In this document: piece after piece, positions 9,281 through 19,478 of the stretch | Layout of the letters: each line of letters begins with the position of its first letter | Numbering within the stretch: the stretch's first letter is position 1 | Assembly: GCA_002328495.1 (NCBI GenBank) | Contig: DCUJ01000009.1 | Coordinates: forward strand, 97,180 to 161,179 | From: Sulfurospirillum sp. UBA2217 | Lineage (GTDB): Bacteria; Campylobacterota; Campylobacteria; Campylobacterales; Sulfurospirillaceae | Direction of reading: 5' to 3' | Length of the DNA stretch: 64,000 nucleotides | Translations under genes and position numbers: made by a program | The notes under the pieces: generated by a model | Told to the model about the DNA's origin: nothing | Databases searched by the model: none | The model's input: the letters and a program-made list of their open reading frames with translations, nothing else

Positions 9281-11375
9281 AATTTGTGTAGGACTCATTC
9301 TTTTGTTAAGTAGCCTTTGGGCTGTTGAACCTCAAGTACAAGATATTGAACTTTTGGCTCAAAATGTTACAAAAGAGGGAAGTATTGCGCATGCTGTCGG
9401 GAGTGTCGTTGTTTATAGCCCTAAGTATCTTATCACTGCTGATGAGGCATTTTACAACTACGAGTCAGGTGATTTGGAACTGTTTGGCAATATCACGATG
9501 TTAGAGGGTGTGAGTTACGCTTCTCGCAGTGGACATACTAAACTCAATCTTAAAACAGATCACGGTGTTTCTGATCCACTTTTTTTCTTTGACGAAACGG
9601 CAAATTTGTGGTTAAAATGTGACAACGCTATCTTAAGCCCAGAATCTTATATTACCCAAAAAGCAATCGTTTCGAGTTGTAACAGTCAAGACCCAGATTG
9701 GAAAATAGCTTTTAGTACGGGTGAGTACAACAAAGAAGAAAAATGGATGCACTTGTATAACCCTGTTTTTTATGCAGGGGAGACACCTTTTTTCTACCTT
9801 CCCTATTTTTCATTTTCCACGGATACAACAAGGCGAACAGGGCTATTAAGACCGGATATTGGATTTGGAAGTGAAGGACTTTTTTATTTACAACCCATCT
9901 ATTTTGCCCCTGCGGTTGATTGGGATGTAGAAGTGACTCCTCAAATACGAACCAGTAGAGGAGAAGGGATTCATACAACTTACCGTTTTGTAGACTCACC
10001 ATACTCCTCTGGCGAAATCATAACAGGATATTTTAAAGAAAAAAGCGATTATGCAGAAGAAAAAAATTTAAAGCATGATCAACACTATGGTTTCAAAATG
10101 AGTTATGATAGGAGTGCTCTTTTAAGTACGCAAGACAAGACGATAGAAGATGGATTATGGGTAAATTTGAACTATATTAATGATGTGGATTACTATAATA
10201 CTATCAATGATAAAATTAAAGCCTATAACAAGCTAGTGACTTCCCAAGTTAATTATTATGCAAAAAGAGATGAAGATTATATTGGAATTTATGGAAAGTA
10301 TTATATTGATACGTCATTGGTTTCAAATGATACAACATTGCAACAGCTTCCAACGTTTAATTATCATCGATTTGCAAATCCTTTTTTGTTTGATAATTTA
10401 CTCTATTCTATTGACTACAATGCAAAAAATTACAGTCGAGTAGAAGGTGTAACAGCCTTTCAAAATGAAATCAGCACCCCTTTTGCGCTTCATTTTTCAT
10501 TTTTGGAAGATTACTTACATGTAAGCCTATCTGAAAATATCTATATGACGCATGTTTCGTACGGCAATGGCGCAGAAGATGGAAGCTATGGTCAATATTT
10601 TAATAACTATCATAAAGTGAGTATGTATGTAGATCTTGCTAAAGCTTACGATCATTTTTTTCATACCCTTTATTTTGGGATAGAACAAACACTTCCAAGT
10701 TATCGTAAACAACAAGGCACGTGGGACTATTCTTATGGAGCAAATGATTTAATTCCTCTTACCATGGAAGAAAAAAATACGGCTTTCAAATTAAAACAAT
10801 TTTTTTATGATTCTGAAGGTGAAAAAAAAGTAACGCATACACTTAAACAAACCTATTACAGTGAGCATGATTATAAATACGGTGATTTGGAGAATGATGT
10901 TAAGATTTATGTGACACCAGCATTTAGTATTACTAATAATATTTTGTATTCTCATGAGTATGCGCAACTGGCTCGCACCCAAACGTCTGTAACCTATAAA
11001 GATGATATTTACAGTGCAACCGTTCGGTATACTTATCAAGATACCCCTACAAACACAAGTGGTTCTTTGTCGAGCAAGAATTATAACTATTTGACCCTTC
11101 TTGCGAGTACAGAATATTTTGAAAAATTCAATATGTTTGCTTCTGTGAATTATGATTTGAACGATGATGTGTTTAAGTCATGGAGTTTTGGTGTTAAAAA
11201 ATTGAAAAAATGTTGGGATTATTCCATTACATATAAGGATTTAACCCTTCCTAGTCTTACAAGTTCTGGTGCGGATTCGGTTAATCGACAAGGGGTTATG
11301 TTGTTGTTTAATTTTTATCCTTTGGGGGCTATTGATTATGAAATTACGACATCTGAAACAGAACAAAAATTGTAA
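9270..11375 (+). CDS. lptD: LPS-assembly outer-membrane protein LptD
   Basis: Signal peptide, SSC...PDW, PFFYLPYFSF, RRTGLLRP, PIYFA and an aromatic-rich beta-barrel with KCW near the C-terminus. Position matches Cj1252. Confidence 0.92.
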   Translation: MLGKICVGLILLLSSLWAVEPQVQDIELLAQNVTKEGSIAHAVGSVVVYSPKYLITADEAFYNYESGDLELFGNITMLEGVSYASRSGHTKLNLKTDHGVSDPLFFFDETANLWLKCDNAILSPESYITQKAIVSSCNSQDPDWKIAFSTGEYNKEEKWMHLYNPVFYAGETPFFYLPYFSFSTDTTRRTGLLRPDIGFGSEGLFYLQPIYFAPAVDWDVEVTPQIRTSRGEGIHTTYRFVDSPYSSGEIITGYFKEKSDYAEEKNLKHDQHYGFKMSYDRSALLSTQDKTIEDGLWVNLNYINDVDYYNTINDKIKAYNKLVTSQVNYYAKRDEDYIGIYGKYYIDTSLVSNDTTLQQLPTFNYHRFANPFLFDNLLYSIDYNAKNYSRVEGVTAFQNEISTPFALHFSFLEDYLHVSLSENIYMTHVSYGNGAEDGSYGQYFNNYHKVSMYVDLAKAYDHFFHTLYFGIEQTLPSYRKQQGTWDYSYGANDLIPLTMEEKNTAFKLKQFFYDSEGEKKVTHTLKQTYYSEHDYKYGDLENDVKIYVTPAFSITNNILYSHEYAQLARTQTSVTYKDDIYSATVRYTYQDTPTNTSGSLSSKNYNYLTLLASTEYFEKFNMFASVNYDLNDDVFKSWSFGVKKLKKCWDYSITYKDLTLPSLTSSGADSVNRQGVMLLFNFYPLGAIDYEITTSETEQKL

Positions 11376-11645
11376 GTGATGAAAAAGAGTGAAGCAATTT
11401 TGTGGGCGTTGGAAGTTTTGGAATTTCCAGTGCTGAGTACCAAAGAGGAATTAAAAGAAAAGTACCATCTTTTAGCCAAATCATTCCATCCTGATTGCGG
11501 GGGTGATGAAGAAAAAATGGCACACATTAATGAAGCGTATGAGATTCTGAAAACATATATGGAAGAGTTTAAATTTACCTTTAGCGATGAGGAGATCGCG
11601 AAACAGTTTCCGCAAGAGCTACATGCAAGCCGGTTTAGATTTTAA
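11376..11645 (+). CDS. Small J-domain (DnaJ-like) protein
   Basis: ALEVLE...[34 protein letters not shown], a J-domain with the HPD motif. Confidence 0.88.
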   Translation: MMKKSEAILWALEVLEFPVLSTKEELKEKYHLLAKSFHPDCGGDEEKMAHINEAYEILKTYMEEFKFTFSDEEIAKQFPQELHASRFRF

Positions 11646-11674
11646 AAAGAACACCAAAAGAGGAGAACAAAAGA

Positions 11675-13927
11675 GTGGAATACACACTACATGTAAACAA
11701 CCAAACTGAGATTTATGATATTGGTAAAGTAGCGAAACAAGCAGCGGGAGCTGCGTTGTTGAAAATTAAAAATACAGTTATTTTAGCTACAGTAGCACGT
11801 GACGATAATCAAGTGGCTGAAAATTTTGTACCTTTAACTGTGCAATATATCGAAAAGAGCTATGCGGTAGGAAAAATACCAGGTGGCTACATCAAGAGAG
11901 AGACGAAACCAGGAGATTTTGAAACATTGACTTCACGTATCATCGATAGAAGTCTTCGCCCCCTTTTTCCTAAAGGGTATGCGTATCCAACGCAAATTGT
12001 TATTTTTGTTCTCAGTTGTGATTCAGAAGTGGATTTACAAGTAGCCGCACTGAATGCTGCTAGTGCAGCACTTTATCTTTCCGATATTCCGGTCAATAAA
12101 GCAGTTGCAGGGGTACGTATAGGTTATGTGAATGGTGAATATGTAGTGAACCCTACTAATTCTGTACTTAAAACGAGTGCGCTTGATTTGTATGTCGCTG
12201 GAACCAAAGAAGAATTACTTATGATTGAAATGCGTGCATTGCCTAGTGTTGAAACATTAAGCATGCCAACTATGGCGATTGATCCTATGTTGGATCCTAC
12301 CTTGGCACAGAGTTTGATTGCGAAGCAGTGTGTGAATGAGTTTGATGAAGAGGCTATCTTAAAAGCTATTGATACGGCTCAAAATGCTATTACCCAAGCA
12401 GCAACGGCGTATGAGCAAACCTTCGCCCCTCTTAAAAAAGAGGACGCCCTTTTGGATTATAAAGCAGATTTGGAAAGCGATGCTATCTTTGTTTACATCG
12501 ATGAGTTTTATAAAGAAGAGGTAAACAATGCCATTAATCAAATGGCAAAAAGTGAGCGTGCCAGTGAGCTTAGCCGTATTGTTACTAAAATTTTACAAGA
12601 TGAAGTTGCAACACTTGAGGGATGGAGTAAAGAGCTTGTTAACAGTGTGATTCAGTCCTACAAGAAAAAAGTGGTACGTGAAATGATTATCGAAAAACGT
12701 GTTCGTGCAGATGGACGTGCGCTTAATGAAGTAAGACCCATCACGATAGAAACCAATATTTTACCTATGGCACACGGTTCTTGTCTCTTTACAAGAGGGC
12801 AAACGCAAGCCTTGGTGATTGCAACTTTAGGGAATGATAAAGACGCACAGATGTTTGACCTTTTAACGGAAAAAGGTGGTATTAGCGATACCTTTATGGT
12901 AAATTATAATTTCCCAGGTTTTTCTGTAGGGGAAGCATCGCCGATGAGACCTCCAGGAAGAAGAGAATTAGGTCATGGCAATCTTGCCCGTCGCGCACTA
13001 GACCCCGTACTTGATGTGAACAGACTTCAAACGGTTCGTTTGGTTTCTGAAATTTTAGAATCCAACGGCTCTTCGTCAATGGCTACGGTATGCGGTGGTG
13101 CATTGGCACTTCGAGCAGCTGGAATGGGCATGGAAAAACTGGTGGCTGGAATTGCAATGGGGTTGGTATTTGAAGGTGATAAGCATGCTGTGCTGAGTGA
13201 TATTATGGGGCTTGAAGACCATGATGGTGATATGGATTTTAAAGTTGCTGGGACTATTGATGGTATTACAGCCCTTCAAATGGATATTAAATTAGGTGGT
13301 ATTTCGCGTGATGTGCTTAAAGAAGCATTATATCAAGCGAAAGAAGGACGTGCGCATATCTTAGGAATTATGGAAAAAGCAAGCAGTGAGATTGTCATCA
13401 ACAATTCTATTTTACCAAAGCTTGAGCTTTTTAGTGTAGACCCTTCTAAAATCGTAGATATTATTGGGCAAGCGGGTAAAACGATTCGTGAAATTATCGA
13501 ACGATTTGAAGTATCCATTGACTTAGACCGTGAAAAAGGTGAAGTTAAAATTGCGGGTGAAAATAAAGAAAAAGTAGAAGCCGCCAAAGATCATATTATT
13601 GGGATTGTCAACAAACCTTCTTTTGGTGGACGTGGAGGTCATGGTGGTGGACGCGACCGTGATAGCAGAGGTGCGAGTAGGGAGCGTGAATCAAAACCCG
13701 TACCGACTTTTGTTCAGGATGAAGTGGTTGATGGTGTGGTGAAACGCATTGTTGATTTTGGCGCATTTATTGAACTCCCAGGTGGCATTGATGGGCTTTT
13801 ACATGTATCAAAAATTGCCGATCATCGGGTGGATAAGGTCAGTGATTATTTGGCTTTAGAGCAAAACGTAAAAGTTAAAATTTTGAAGCAAACGGGCAAT
13901 AAAATAGAGTTAGAGCTTCAGCGCTAA
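11675..13927 (+). CDS. pnp: Polyribonucleotide nucleotidyltransferase (PNPase)
   Basis: [61 protein letters not shown], then KH and S1 domains. GTG start with AGGAG RBS. Confidence 0.99.
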   Translation: MEYTLHVNNQTEIYDIGKVAKQAAGAALLKIKNTVILATVARDDNQVAENFVPLTVQYIEKSYAVGKIPGGYIKRETKPGDFETLTSRIIDRSLRPLFPKGYAYPTQIVIFVLSCDSEVDLQVAALNAASAALYLSDIPVNKAVAGVRIGYVNGEYVVNPTNSVLKTSALDLYVAGTKEELLMIEMRALPSVETLSMPTMAIDPMLDPTLAQSLIAKQCVNEFDEEAILKAIDTAQNAITQAATAYEQTFAPLKKEDALLDYKADLESDAIFVYIDEFYKEEVNNAINQMAKSERASELSRIVTKILQDEVATLEGWSKELVNSVIQSYKKKVVREMIIEKRVRADGRALNEVRPITIETNILPMAHGSCLFTRGQTQALVIATLGNDKDAQMFDLLTEKGGISDTFMVNYNFPGFSVGEASPMRPPGRRELGHGNLARRALDPVLDVNRLQTVRLVSEILESNGSSSMATVCGGALALRAAGMGMEKLVAGIAMGLVFEGDKHAVLSDIMGLEDHDGDMDFKVAGTIDGITALQMDIKLGGISRDVLKEALYQAKEGRAHILGIMEKASSEIVINNSILPKLELFSVDPSKIVDIIGQAGKTIREIIERFEVSIDLDREKGEVKIAGENKEKVEAAKDHIIGIVNKPSFGGRGGHGGGRDRDSRGASRERESKPVPTFVQDEVVDGVVKRIVDFGAFIELPGGIDGLLHVSKIADHRVDKVSDYLALEQNVKVKILKQTGNKIELELQR

Positions 13928-14028
13928 TTTTAAAGGCTTTTTAACAATTACAAAGATATAATCCCACTCACAAAGTGGAAAGTAGGGATTATATCCGAAC
14001 CGACTTTGATAAAAACAAGGAGTTCTTT

Positions 14029-14328
14029 ATGAAAAAAGTTCTTTTTCTTATGGTAGCATTTGCAACATTTGCATTTGCAGGTGATGGCGAAATGGCTAAA
14101 GCATACTCAGCACTTGCTGTTGGTATCGTTTTGGGTCTTGCAGCTCTTGGTGGTGCAATTGGTATGGGAAATACAGCTTCTTCAGCAATTGCTGGAACAG
14201 CTAGAAACCCAGGTCTTGGTGGTAAATTGGTGACAACTATGTTTATTGCACTTGCGATGATTGAAGCACAAGTTATTTATGCTCTCGTTATTGCGTTAAT
14301 CCTTCTTTACAAAAATCCGTTTCTTTAA
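14029..14328 (+). CDS. atpE: F0F1 ATP synthase subunit c
   Basis: LGGAIGMG...GTARNPG...LAMIEAQVIYAL with the proton-binding Glu. AAGGAG RBS before ATG 14029 and TATAAT at 13957-13962. Confidence 0.97.
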   Translation: MKKVLFLMVAFATFAFAGDGEMAKAYSALAVGIVLGLAALGGAIGMGNTASSAIAGTARNPGLGGKLVTTMFIALAMIEAQVIYALVIALILLYKNPFL

Positions 14329-14335
14329 TAACTAA

Positions 14336-14356
14336 AAGAGGTCATTAAGACCTCTT
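14336..14356 (+). terminator. Stem-loop between atpE and tRNA-Leu
   Basis: AAGAGGTC-atta-(a)GACCTCTT followed by a T-rich tract. Confidence 0.55.
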
Positions 14357-14377
14357 CCTCTTTTTTTAGTCTTCTGT

Positions 14378-14462
14378 GCGGTCGTGGTGAAATTGGTAGA
14401 CATACCATCTTGAGGGGGTGGCGCCTTAGGCAGTACGGGTTCGAGTCCCGTCGACCGCACCA
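14378..14462 (+). tRNA. tRNA-Leu (anticodon GAG)
   Basis: GCGGTCG/CGACCGC acceptor stem, D-arm GGTGAAATTGGTAGAC, anticodon arm CCATC-TTGAGGG-GGTGG, long variable arm, GGTTCGAGTCC, encoded 3' CCA. Confidence 0.97.
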
Positions 14463-14562
14463 TCGTTTTTTTTGGAACCTTCCTAACATCAAAACTTTAT
14501 AAAACTTCATGTTCATTTATGTTATTATCAAATCCTTTTAAATTTTGTGAATAAGGAATTGG

Positions 14563-14823
14563 ATGAGAGAGTTGGAGCTTAAAAATATTATTACAATCCA
14601 TGAGCGAGAGTTTTTAATTTCAACGATTAGTATGCATGTTCGTCACTCTTTTTTTGAAGGGGATGCAAAAAAGCTTGTGTATGAAACGATGGTGTTTGAA
14701 ATTATCAACGATGAAGTCCAATTTCATAAAACTATTTTTAATGAACGCTACAATATGGCAGATGAAGCTATTGCTGAGCATGGTGCTATCATTAAAAATC
14801 CTCAAAACTTTTTTATTATCTAA
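14563..14823 (+). CDS. Hypothetical protein (ISTI...YETMVF...RY...EA..EH pattern)
   Basis: 86-aa ORF with AAGGA RBS. Function not recognised. Confidence 0.75.
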   Translation: MRELELKNIITIHEREFLISTISMHVRHSFFEGDAKKLVYETMVFEIINDEVQFHKTIFNERYNMADEAIAEHGAIIKNPQNFFII

Positions 14824-14828
14824 AACCT

Positions 14829-17003
14829 ATGAAAAAAATCTTTCTTTTGCTTTGTCTTTCACTTTTTTTGCTTGAAGCAAAAGAGACGAAAGATATTTTG
14901 TTGTTTCATTCCTATCACAAAGGGTATAAATGGAGTGATGATATTTCTCGTGTGATTGAAAAAAATTTTTCAGAAAAAAAGAATATTTTTCTCTCTACTG
15001 TTTATATGGATACGAAGCGCATTGATACACCTGCTTATATGGAAGAGTTTTACAACTACTATAAAGCACGTTTTGCTCAGAGCTCATTTGATGTTATTAT
15101 GGTTGCCGACAACAGTGCTTTGGAATTTGTAAAAAAACATCATGACGAACTTTTTAAAAATGTTCCTATTGTTTTTTTAGGGATCAATAATTTTAATAGT
15201 TCTTTGATTGAGGGTATTAAGAATATTAGTGGTGTGGTTGAAAATGTTGATATTAAACGCAATGTTGAACTTATCTTAGAATTGCATCCCCATCTTGAAA
15301 AGCTGCTCATCATCAATGAACGCTCCACCACTGGCAATGCGATGCGCCAAGAAATGGATATGGTGCTTCCCTCGTATGCTAAAAAAATTACTATTGAGCA
15401 CATTGATAGTATGGATATGGCTGAAATAGAAGCCAAGACAAAAGTGCTCAGTAAAAACAGTGCGATCTTATGGGTTTTACTGTTCAAAGACAATACTGGA
15501 CGCTTTTTTACGTACAAAGAAAATTTGCAGCAGATTCGTAATATTGCACATGTGCCTATTTATGGCTTATGGGATTTTTATTTGGATTATGGCATTGTGG
15601 GAGGATTTTTATCCAGCGCACTTTCGCAAGCCGAATCAGCATCTAAAATCGTAGAACAAATTTTAGAAGGCAAACCTGCCTCTTTAATTCCTGTTGTTGA
15701 AAAGAGTCCAAACCGTTATATTTTTGACTATAAAGAATTAGAACATTACAAAATTAACCCTTCGGCTGTTTTGAAAAATTACGAAGAGATTAATAAGCCT
15801 TTTTCATTGTATGAGGAGTACAAACGTTATATTTGGTTAATTATCTCTATTTTTTCCGCCATTGTGATGATTGTGCTTTTTTTGATGCAAAATGTTCGTA
15901 TTCGAAAACAGAGTGAAATGGCACTTAAAAATCAACTTGAATTTATTAAAGTTTTGTTAGACACCATCCCAAATCCTATTTATTTTAGTAACATTAAAGG
16001 CGAGTACGTTGGTAGCAATAAAGCATTTGCCAATTTATATGATTTGAATAAACAAGAAATTATTGGAAAAACAGCATTTGATTTTTTTCCCTCCGAGTGG
16101 GCACAAGAGCGTCGTGAAAATGATTTAGAATTATTACGAACCAAAGGAACAGAGACATTTGAGTTGATGCTTCATATTCCGACGAAACGTCCGCGACTTT
16201 TTACATTTAATAAAGCAGTTTACACACTGATTGATGGAAGTGTGGGTGGTATTGTGTGTGTAATGGACGATACAACGGAGCGTTTGCAACACCGTCAATT
16301 TCTGATTCAGCAAGCTAAATTGACAGAGATGGGTGAGATGATAGCTGGTGTGGCACATCAATGGAATGAACCCTTGGTTGAACTCTCAGCCATTATGCAA
16401 GATATGGAGTTTTGCTTTAATACAGGAGAGATGAATTCTCACAAGATGAAAGAGTTTGTGAGAGATTCAATTATTCAGATTCAGTATATGTCGCAGACTT
16501 TGAAAGATTTTAGAAATTTTTTAAAACCCTCCACGAAAAAAAGTCTTTTTTGTGCCAAAAAAGCACTGAGTGAAGTCTTGGAAATTATTGGGAGACAAAT
16601 ATTTTACTCGCATATCGATTTGAACGTGCATTATTCTAAAGAAGAGGGTGTGTTCCCCGTGTACGGTTATGAAAATGAATTTAAACAAGTGCTACTCAAT
16701 GTCATCAATAACGCAAAAAATAAAATAGTCAAAACACGTAAAGGTGAAAAAATTGATATTAGCATCGCAGAAGGTGATAGTCAAACCAAAATTGTGATAA
16801 CCGATAATGGTGGAAAAGTCCCTGAAAAAATTATAGGATTTATTTTTGATCCCTATTTTACAACCAATAAAAATGGAACGGGACTTGGATTGTACATGGC
16901 AAAGATTATTATAGAAGATAAAATGGGTGGAAGCATTGGTGTTAAAAATATAGGAAACAGTGTCGCATTTACGATACACGTTCCTAATGTTATAAGAGGG
17001 TAA
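14829..17003 (+). CDS. Sensor histidine kinase (periplasmic ABC-substrate-binding-like domain, TM, PAS, HisKA, HATPase)
   Basis: Signal peptide, SYHKGYKWSD sensor start, PAS LLDTIPNPIYF...NKAF, H-box IAGVAHQWNEPL, N-box NEFKQVLLNVINNA, DNGG, GTGLGLY. Confidence 0.93.
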   Translation: MKKIFLLLCLSLFLLEAKETKDILLFHSYHKGYKWSDDISRVIEKNFSEKKNIFLSTVYMDTKRIDTPAYMEEFYNYYKARFAQSSFDVIMVADNSALEFVKKHHDELFKNVPIVFLGINNFNSSLIEGIKNISGVVENVDIKRNVELILELHPHLEKLLIINERSTTGNAMRQEMDMVLPSYAKKITIEHIDSMDMAEIEAKTKVLSKNSAILWVLLFKDNTGRFFTYKENLQQIRNIAHVPIYGLWDFYLDYGIVGGFLSSALSQAESASKIVEQILEGKPASLIPVVEKSPNRYIFDYKELEHYKINPSAVLKNYEEINKPFSLYEEYKRYIWLIISIFSAIVMIVLFLMQNVRIRKQSEMALKNQLEFIKVLLDTIPNPIYFSNIKGEYVGSNKAFANLYDLNKQEIIGKTAFDFFPSEWAQERRENDLELLRTKGTETFELMLHIPTKRPRLFTFNKAVYTLIDGSVGGIVCVMDDTTERLQHRQFLIQQAKLTEMGEMIAGVAHQWNEPLVELSAIMQDMEFCFNTGEMNSHKMKEFVRDSIIQIQYMSQTLKDFRNFLKPSTKKSLFCAKKALSEVLEIIGRQIFYSHIDLNVHYSKEEGVFPVYGYENEFKQVLLNVINNAKNKIVKTRKGEKIDISIAEGDSQTKIVITDNGGKVPEKIIGFIFDPYFTTNKNGTGLGLYMAKIIIEDKMGGSIGVKNIGNSVAFTIHVPNVIRG

Positions 17004-17004
17004 A

Positions 17005-17646
17005 ATGAAAATTTTAGTATTAGAAGACAATCAGCGCTTAAATGCAACGATTGTTAAGCGTTTGGAAGCTAAAGGGTATAAAGTCGATAGTTTTATAGAT
17101 GGAAAAGAGGCTTATGAAGCACTGGATAATGGGTATATGTGTTTTATTTTGGATATCAATGTTCCAAGTCTTGATGGCATCGAAATTCTTAAAAAAATTC
17201 GTGATTTTTACCATGAGACTCCTGTGATTATCATTAGTTCGAGTGTTGAGCTCGATGTCATTCGCGATGCGTACAATTACGGTTGCAACGATTTTATTAA
17301 AAAACCCTTTTTCATTGATGAGTTAGAAATTAAAATTGAAAAATTGTGCAACATTCGTAATGACATCGTTGATCTTGGACATGAGTGTCTTTTTGATTTT
17401 CGAACCTCCTTGTTACGAATTGGAGAGAGTGAAGAGCATTTGTCACGCAAAGAGCGTTTGTTGCTCAATGTTTTAATTTCAGAAAAGGGAAAAGTCGTCT
17501 CTTTTGATAAGATACAAGCGATGGTTTGGGAGGGAAACTTTGCAAGTCTTGATTCAATCCGTTCTTTAATGCGTCGTCTTCGTAAAAAAATTCCTTTTGA
17601 ATGCATCGAAACGGTTGTAGATGTTGGGTACATTTTACGTTTTTGA
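17005..17646 (+). CDS. OmpR-family response regulator
   Basis: MKILVLEDN, ILDINVP, DFIKKPF and a winged-helix C-terminus (RSLMRRLRKK...IETVVDVGY). Confidence 0.95.
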   Translation: MKILVLEDNQRLNATIVKRLEAKGYKVDSFIDGKEAYEALDNGYMCFILDINVPSLDGIEILKKIRDFYHETPVIIISSSVELDVIRDAYNYGCNDFIKKPFFIDELEIKIEKLCNIRNDIVDLGHECLFDFRTSLLRIGESEEHLSRKERLLLNVLISEKGKVVSFDKIQAMVWEGNFASLDSIRSLMRRLRKKIPFECIETVVDVGYILRF

Positions 17647-17780
17647 GATACAAAAAGTAACACAAATCTCTTTTTAGGGTTAGATTTTCCTTACATGTAA
17701 GAGTAATATTAAAATATAACATAAATTTTATACCCTATAACGTATGATGGTTTTGAATTTAAAATTTGTAAGGAGTCTCT

Positions 17781-18845
17781 ATGAAGTTATCTAAGAAAAT
17801 TCTTGGAAGTCTTGCCTTGGCATGTGCTTTAGTCGTATCTGCTAATGCGGCTAGCGATAAAGTCACATGGAAACTAGCAACCTCTTGGGGTGCTGAATTC
17901 CCTCCCTTTACCAACTCTGTTGCCAATATGGCTAAGATGGTTGAGGAGATGAGTGGTGGTGATTTTGTTATTAAAGTCGATGCGGTGAACAAGCATAAGT
18001 CTGCTTTTGGTATTATGGATATGGTGAAGCTTGGTCAATACGAGATGGGTCACACAGCATCGTATTATTACAAAGGAAAAGACCCTGTACTTTTACTTTT
18101 CACAAGTATGCCTTTTGGTATGAACGCTCTTGAGCAGTATGCATGGTTCTACTTTGGTGGCGGTATGGAACTGGCTCAAAAATCGTATGAAAAACACGGC
18201 ATGTACTCATTCCCTGGTGGAAATACGGGTGTTCAAATGGGTGGATGGTTTAGAAAAGAGATCAAATCATTGGACGATCTTAAGGGCTTAAAAATGAGAA
18301 TTCCTGGATTTGCAGGTGAAATTTTTGCAAAACTTGGATGTGCGGTAACAAACATCGCTCCTGGTGAACTCTTTACTTCATTAGAGCGAGGTACCATTGA
18401 TGCTCTTGAATGGGTAGGACCAGGTATGGACGTATCTATGGGATTTCATAAAATTGCACCCTATTACTACACAGGATGGCATGAGCCTGCAACAGAGCTT
18501 CAGTTTGTTGTTAACCGTGCAAAGATGGACAAACTTTCCCCTAAAAACAAAGCCATCTTAGAAACAGCGATGAAAACAGCAGCGTACGATATGCTCATTC
18601 AAAACTATGACATGAGTGCAACGGCGTGGGATAAAATCAAAACAGAATATCCTAATATTAAAATTATGACCTTCCCAAAACCAGTAATGGATGCGATGAA
18701 AGCAGCTAATGAAGATTTAGTAAAAGAAGAATCCGCTAAAAGTGCTGAGTTTAAAACCGTACATGATTCACAGCAAGCATATATGAAAAAAGCGCGTGCG
18801 TGGACCAATATCGGCGAATATGCTTACATTAGAGACAATCAATAA
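17781..18845 (+). CDS. dctP: TRAP transporter substrate-binding protein (DctP/TakP type; alpha-keto/hydroxy-acid)
   Basis: Signal peptide, WKLATSW, GHTASYYYKGKDP, GNTGVQMGGWFRKEI, LKMRIPG, LERGTIDALEWVGP, YYYTGWHEP. Confidence 0.93.
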   Translation: MKLSKKILGSLALACALVVSANAASDKVTWKLATSWGAEFPPFTNSVANMAKMVEEMSGGDFVIKVDAVNKHKSAFGIMDMVKLGQYEMGHTASYYYKGKDPVLLLFTSMPFGMNALEQYAWFYFGGGMELAQKSYEKHGMYSFPGGNTGVQMGGWFRKEIKSLDDLKGLKMRIPGFAGEIFAKLGCAVTNIAPGELFTSLERGTIDALEWVGPGMDVSMGFHKIAPYYYTGWHEPATELQFVVNRAKMDKLSPKNKAILETAMKTAAYDMLIQNYDMSATAWDKIKTEYPNIKIMTFPKPVMDAMKAANEDLVKEESAKSAEFKTVHDSQQAYMKKARAWTNIGEYAYIRDNQ

Positions 18846-18860
18846 ACCATCTGCTACACT

Positions 18861-18934
18861 ATGCCTCTGTATTTTTGGATACAGAGGCATTCTAAAGAGA
18901 CACACAAGCAGGAACAGTGTTTGCGTGTCTCTTT
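18861..18934 (+). terminator. Two tandem stem-loops between dctP and dctQ
   Basis: ATGCCTCTGTAT...ATACAGAGGCAT (18861-18890) and AAAGAGACAC...GTGTCTCTTT (18894-18934). Confidence 0.7.
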
Positions 18935-18959
18935 GTTTATATTATTTCAAAGGAATGAA

Positions 18960-19478
18960 ATGTTAGAGAAGTTACAACGTTTTTTCGACACAATCGCTGA
19001 TTATATCGGATATTTGTGCTCGTTTTTAATGATAGCCATGATGCTTAACATCTTTTACGATGTCTTTATGCGCTACTTGTTTAAGAGTGGCTCCATTGCT
19101 TTTCAAGAATTGGAATGGCACATCTTTTCATTGATTATTTTGTTGGGGACCTCATACGCCCTTAAAGAAGATGGGCATGTACGCGTGGATATTTTGTATA
19201 CGAAGTTTAGTGAAAAGAAAAAGGCGATTGTCAATATTATAGGTGCTTTTATTTTTATTACCCCGATTGCTTTGTTGGTGGCATTAGGCTCTGTGGAATT
19301 TGTCATTGAAGCCTTTACAACGCATGAAGTCAGTGGCGATCCAGGTGGTCTCACACACAGATGGATTATCAAAGCGTTTATTCCTTTTTCTTTTTGGTTA
19401 TTGATTTTTATCTCCGTAGGTTTTGTGATCAAAAATATCAATTTATACCGTAAAGCCTTAGCGCAGGAGTCAAAATGA
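18960..19478 (+). CDS. dctQ: TRAP transporter small permease
   Basis: Four TM helices, YDVFMRYLF, QELEWH, HVRVDILY. Start moved to ATG 18960 after AGGA. Confidence 0.93.
   Translation: MLEKLQRFFDTIADYIGYLCSFLMIAMMLNIFYDVFMRYLFKSGSIAFQELEWHIFSLIILLGTSYALKEDGHVRVDILYTKFSEKKKAIVNIIGAFIFITPIALLVALGSVEFVIEAFTTHEVSGDPGGLTHRWIIKAFIPFSFWLLIFISVGFVIKNINLYRKALAQESK

Noticed and set aside
13620-13700. Gly/Arg-rich low-complexity linker in PNPase between the KH and S1 domains
   Set aside because: It is short and not a tandem DNA repeat, and variable linkers here are common.
14378-14620. tRNA-Leu as an active genomic-island attachment site
   Set aside because: I found no integrase and no duplicated tRNA 3' end elsewhere in the window.
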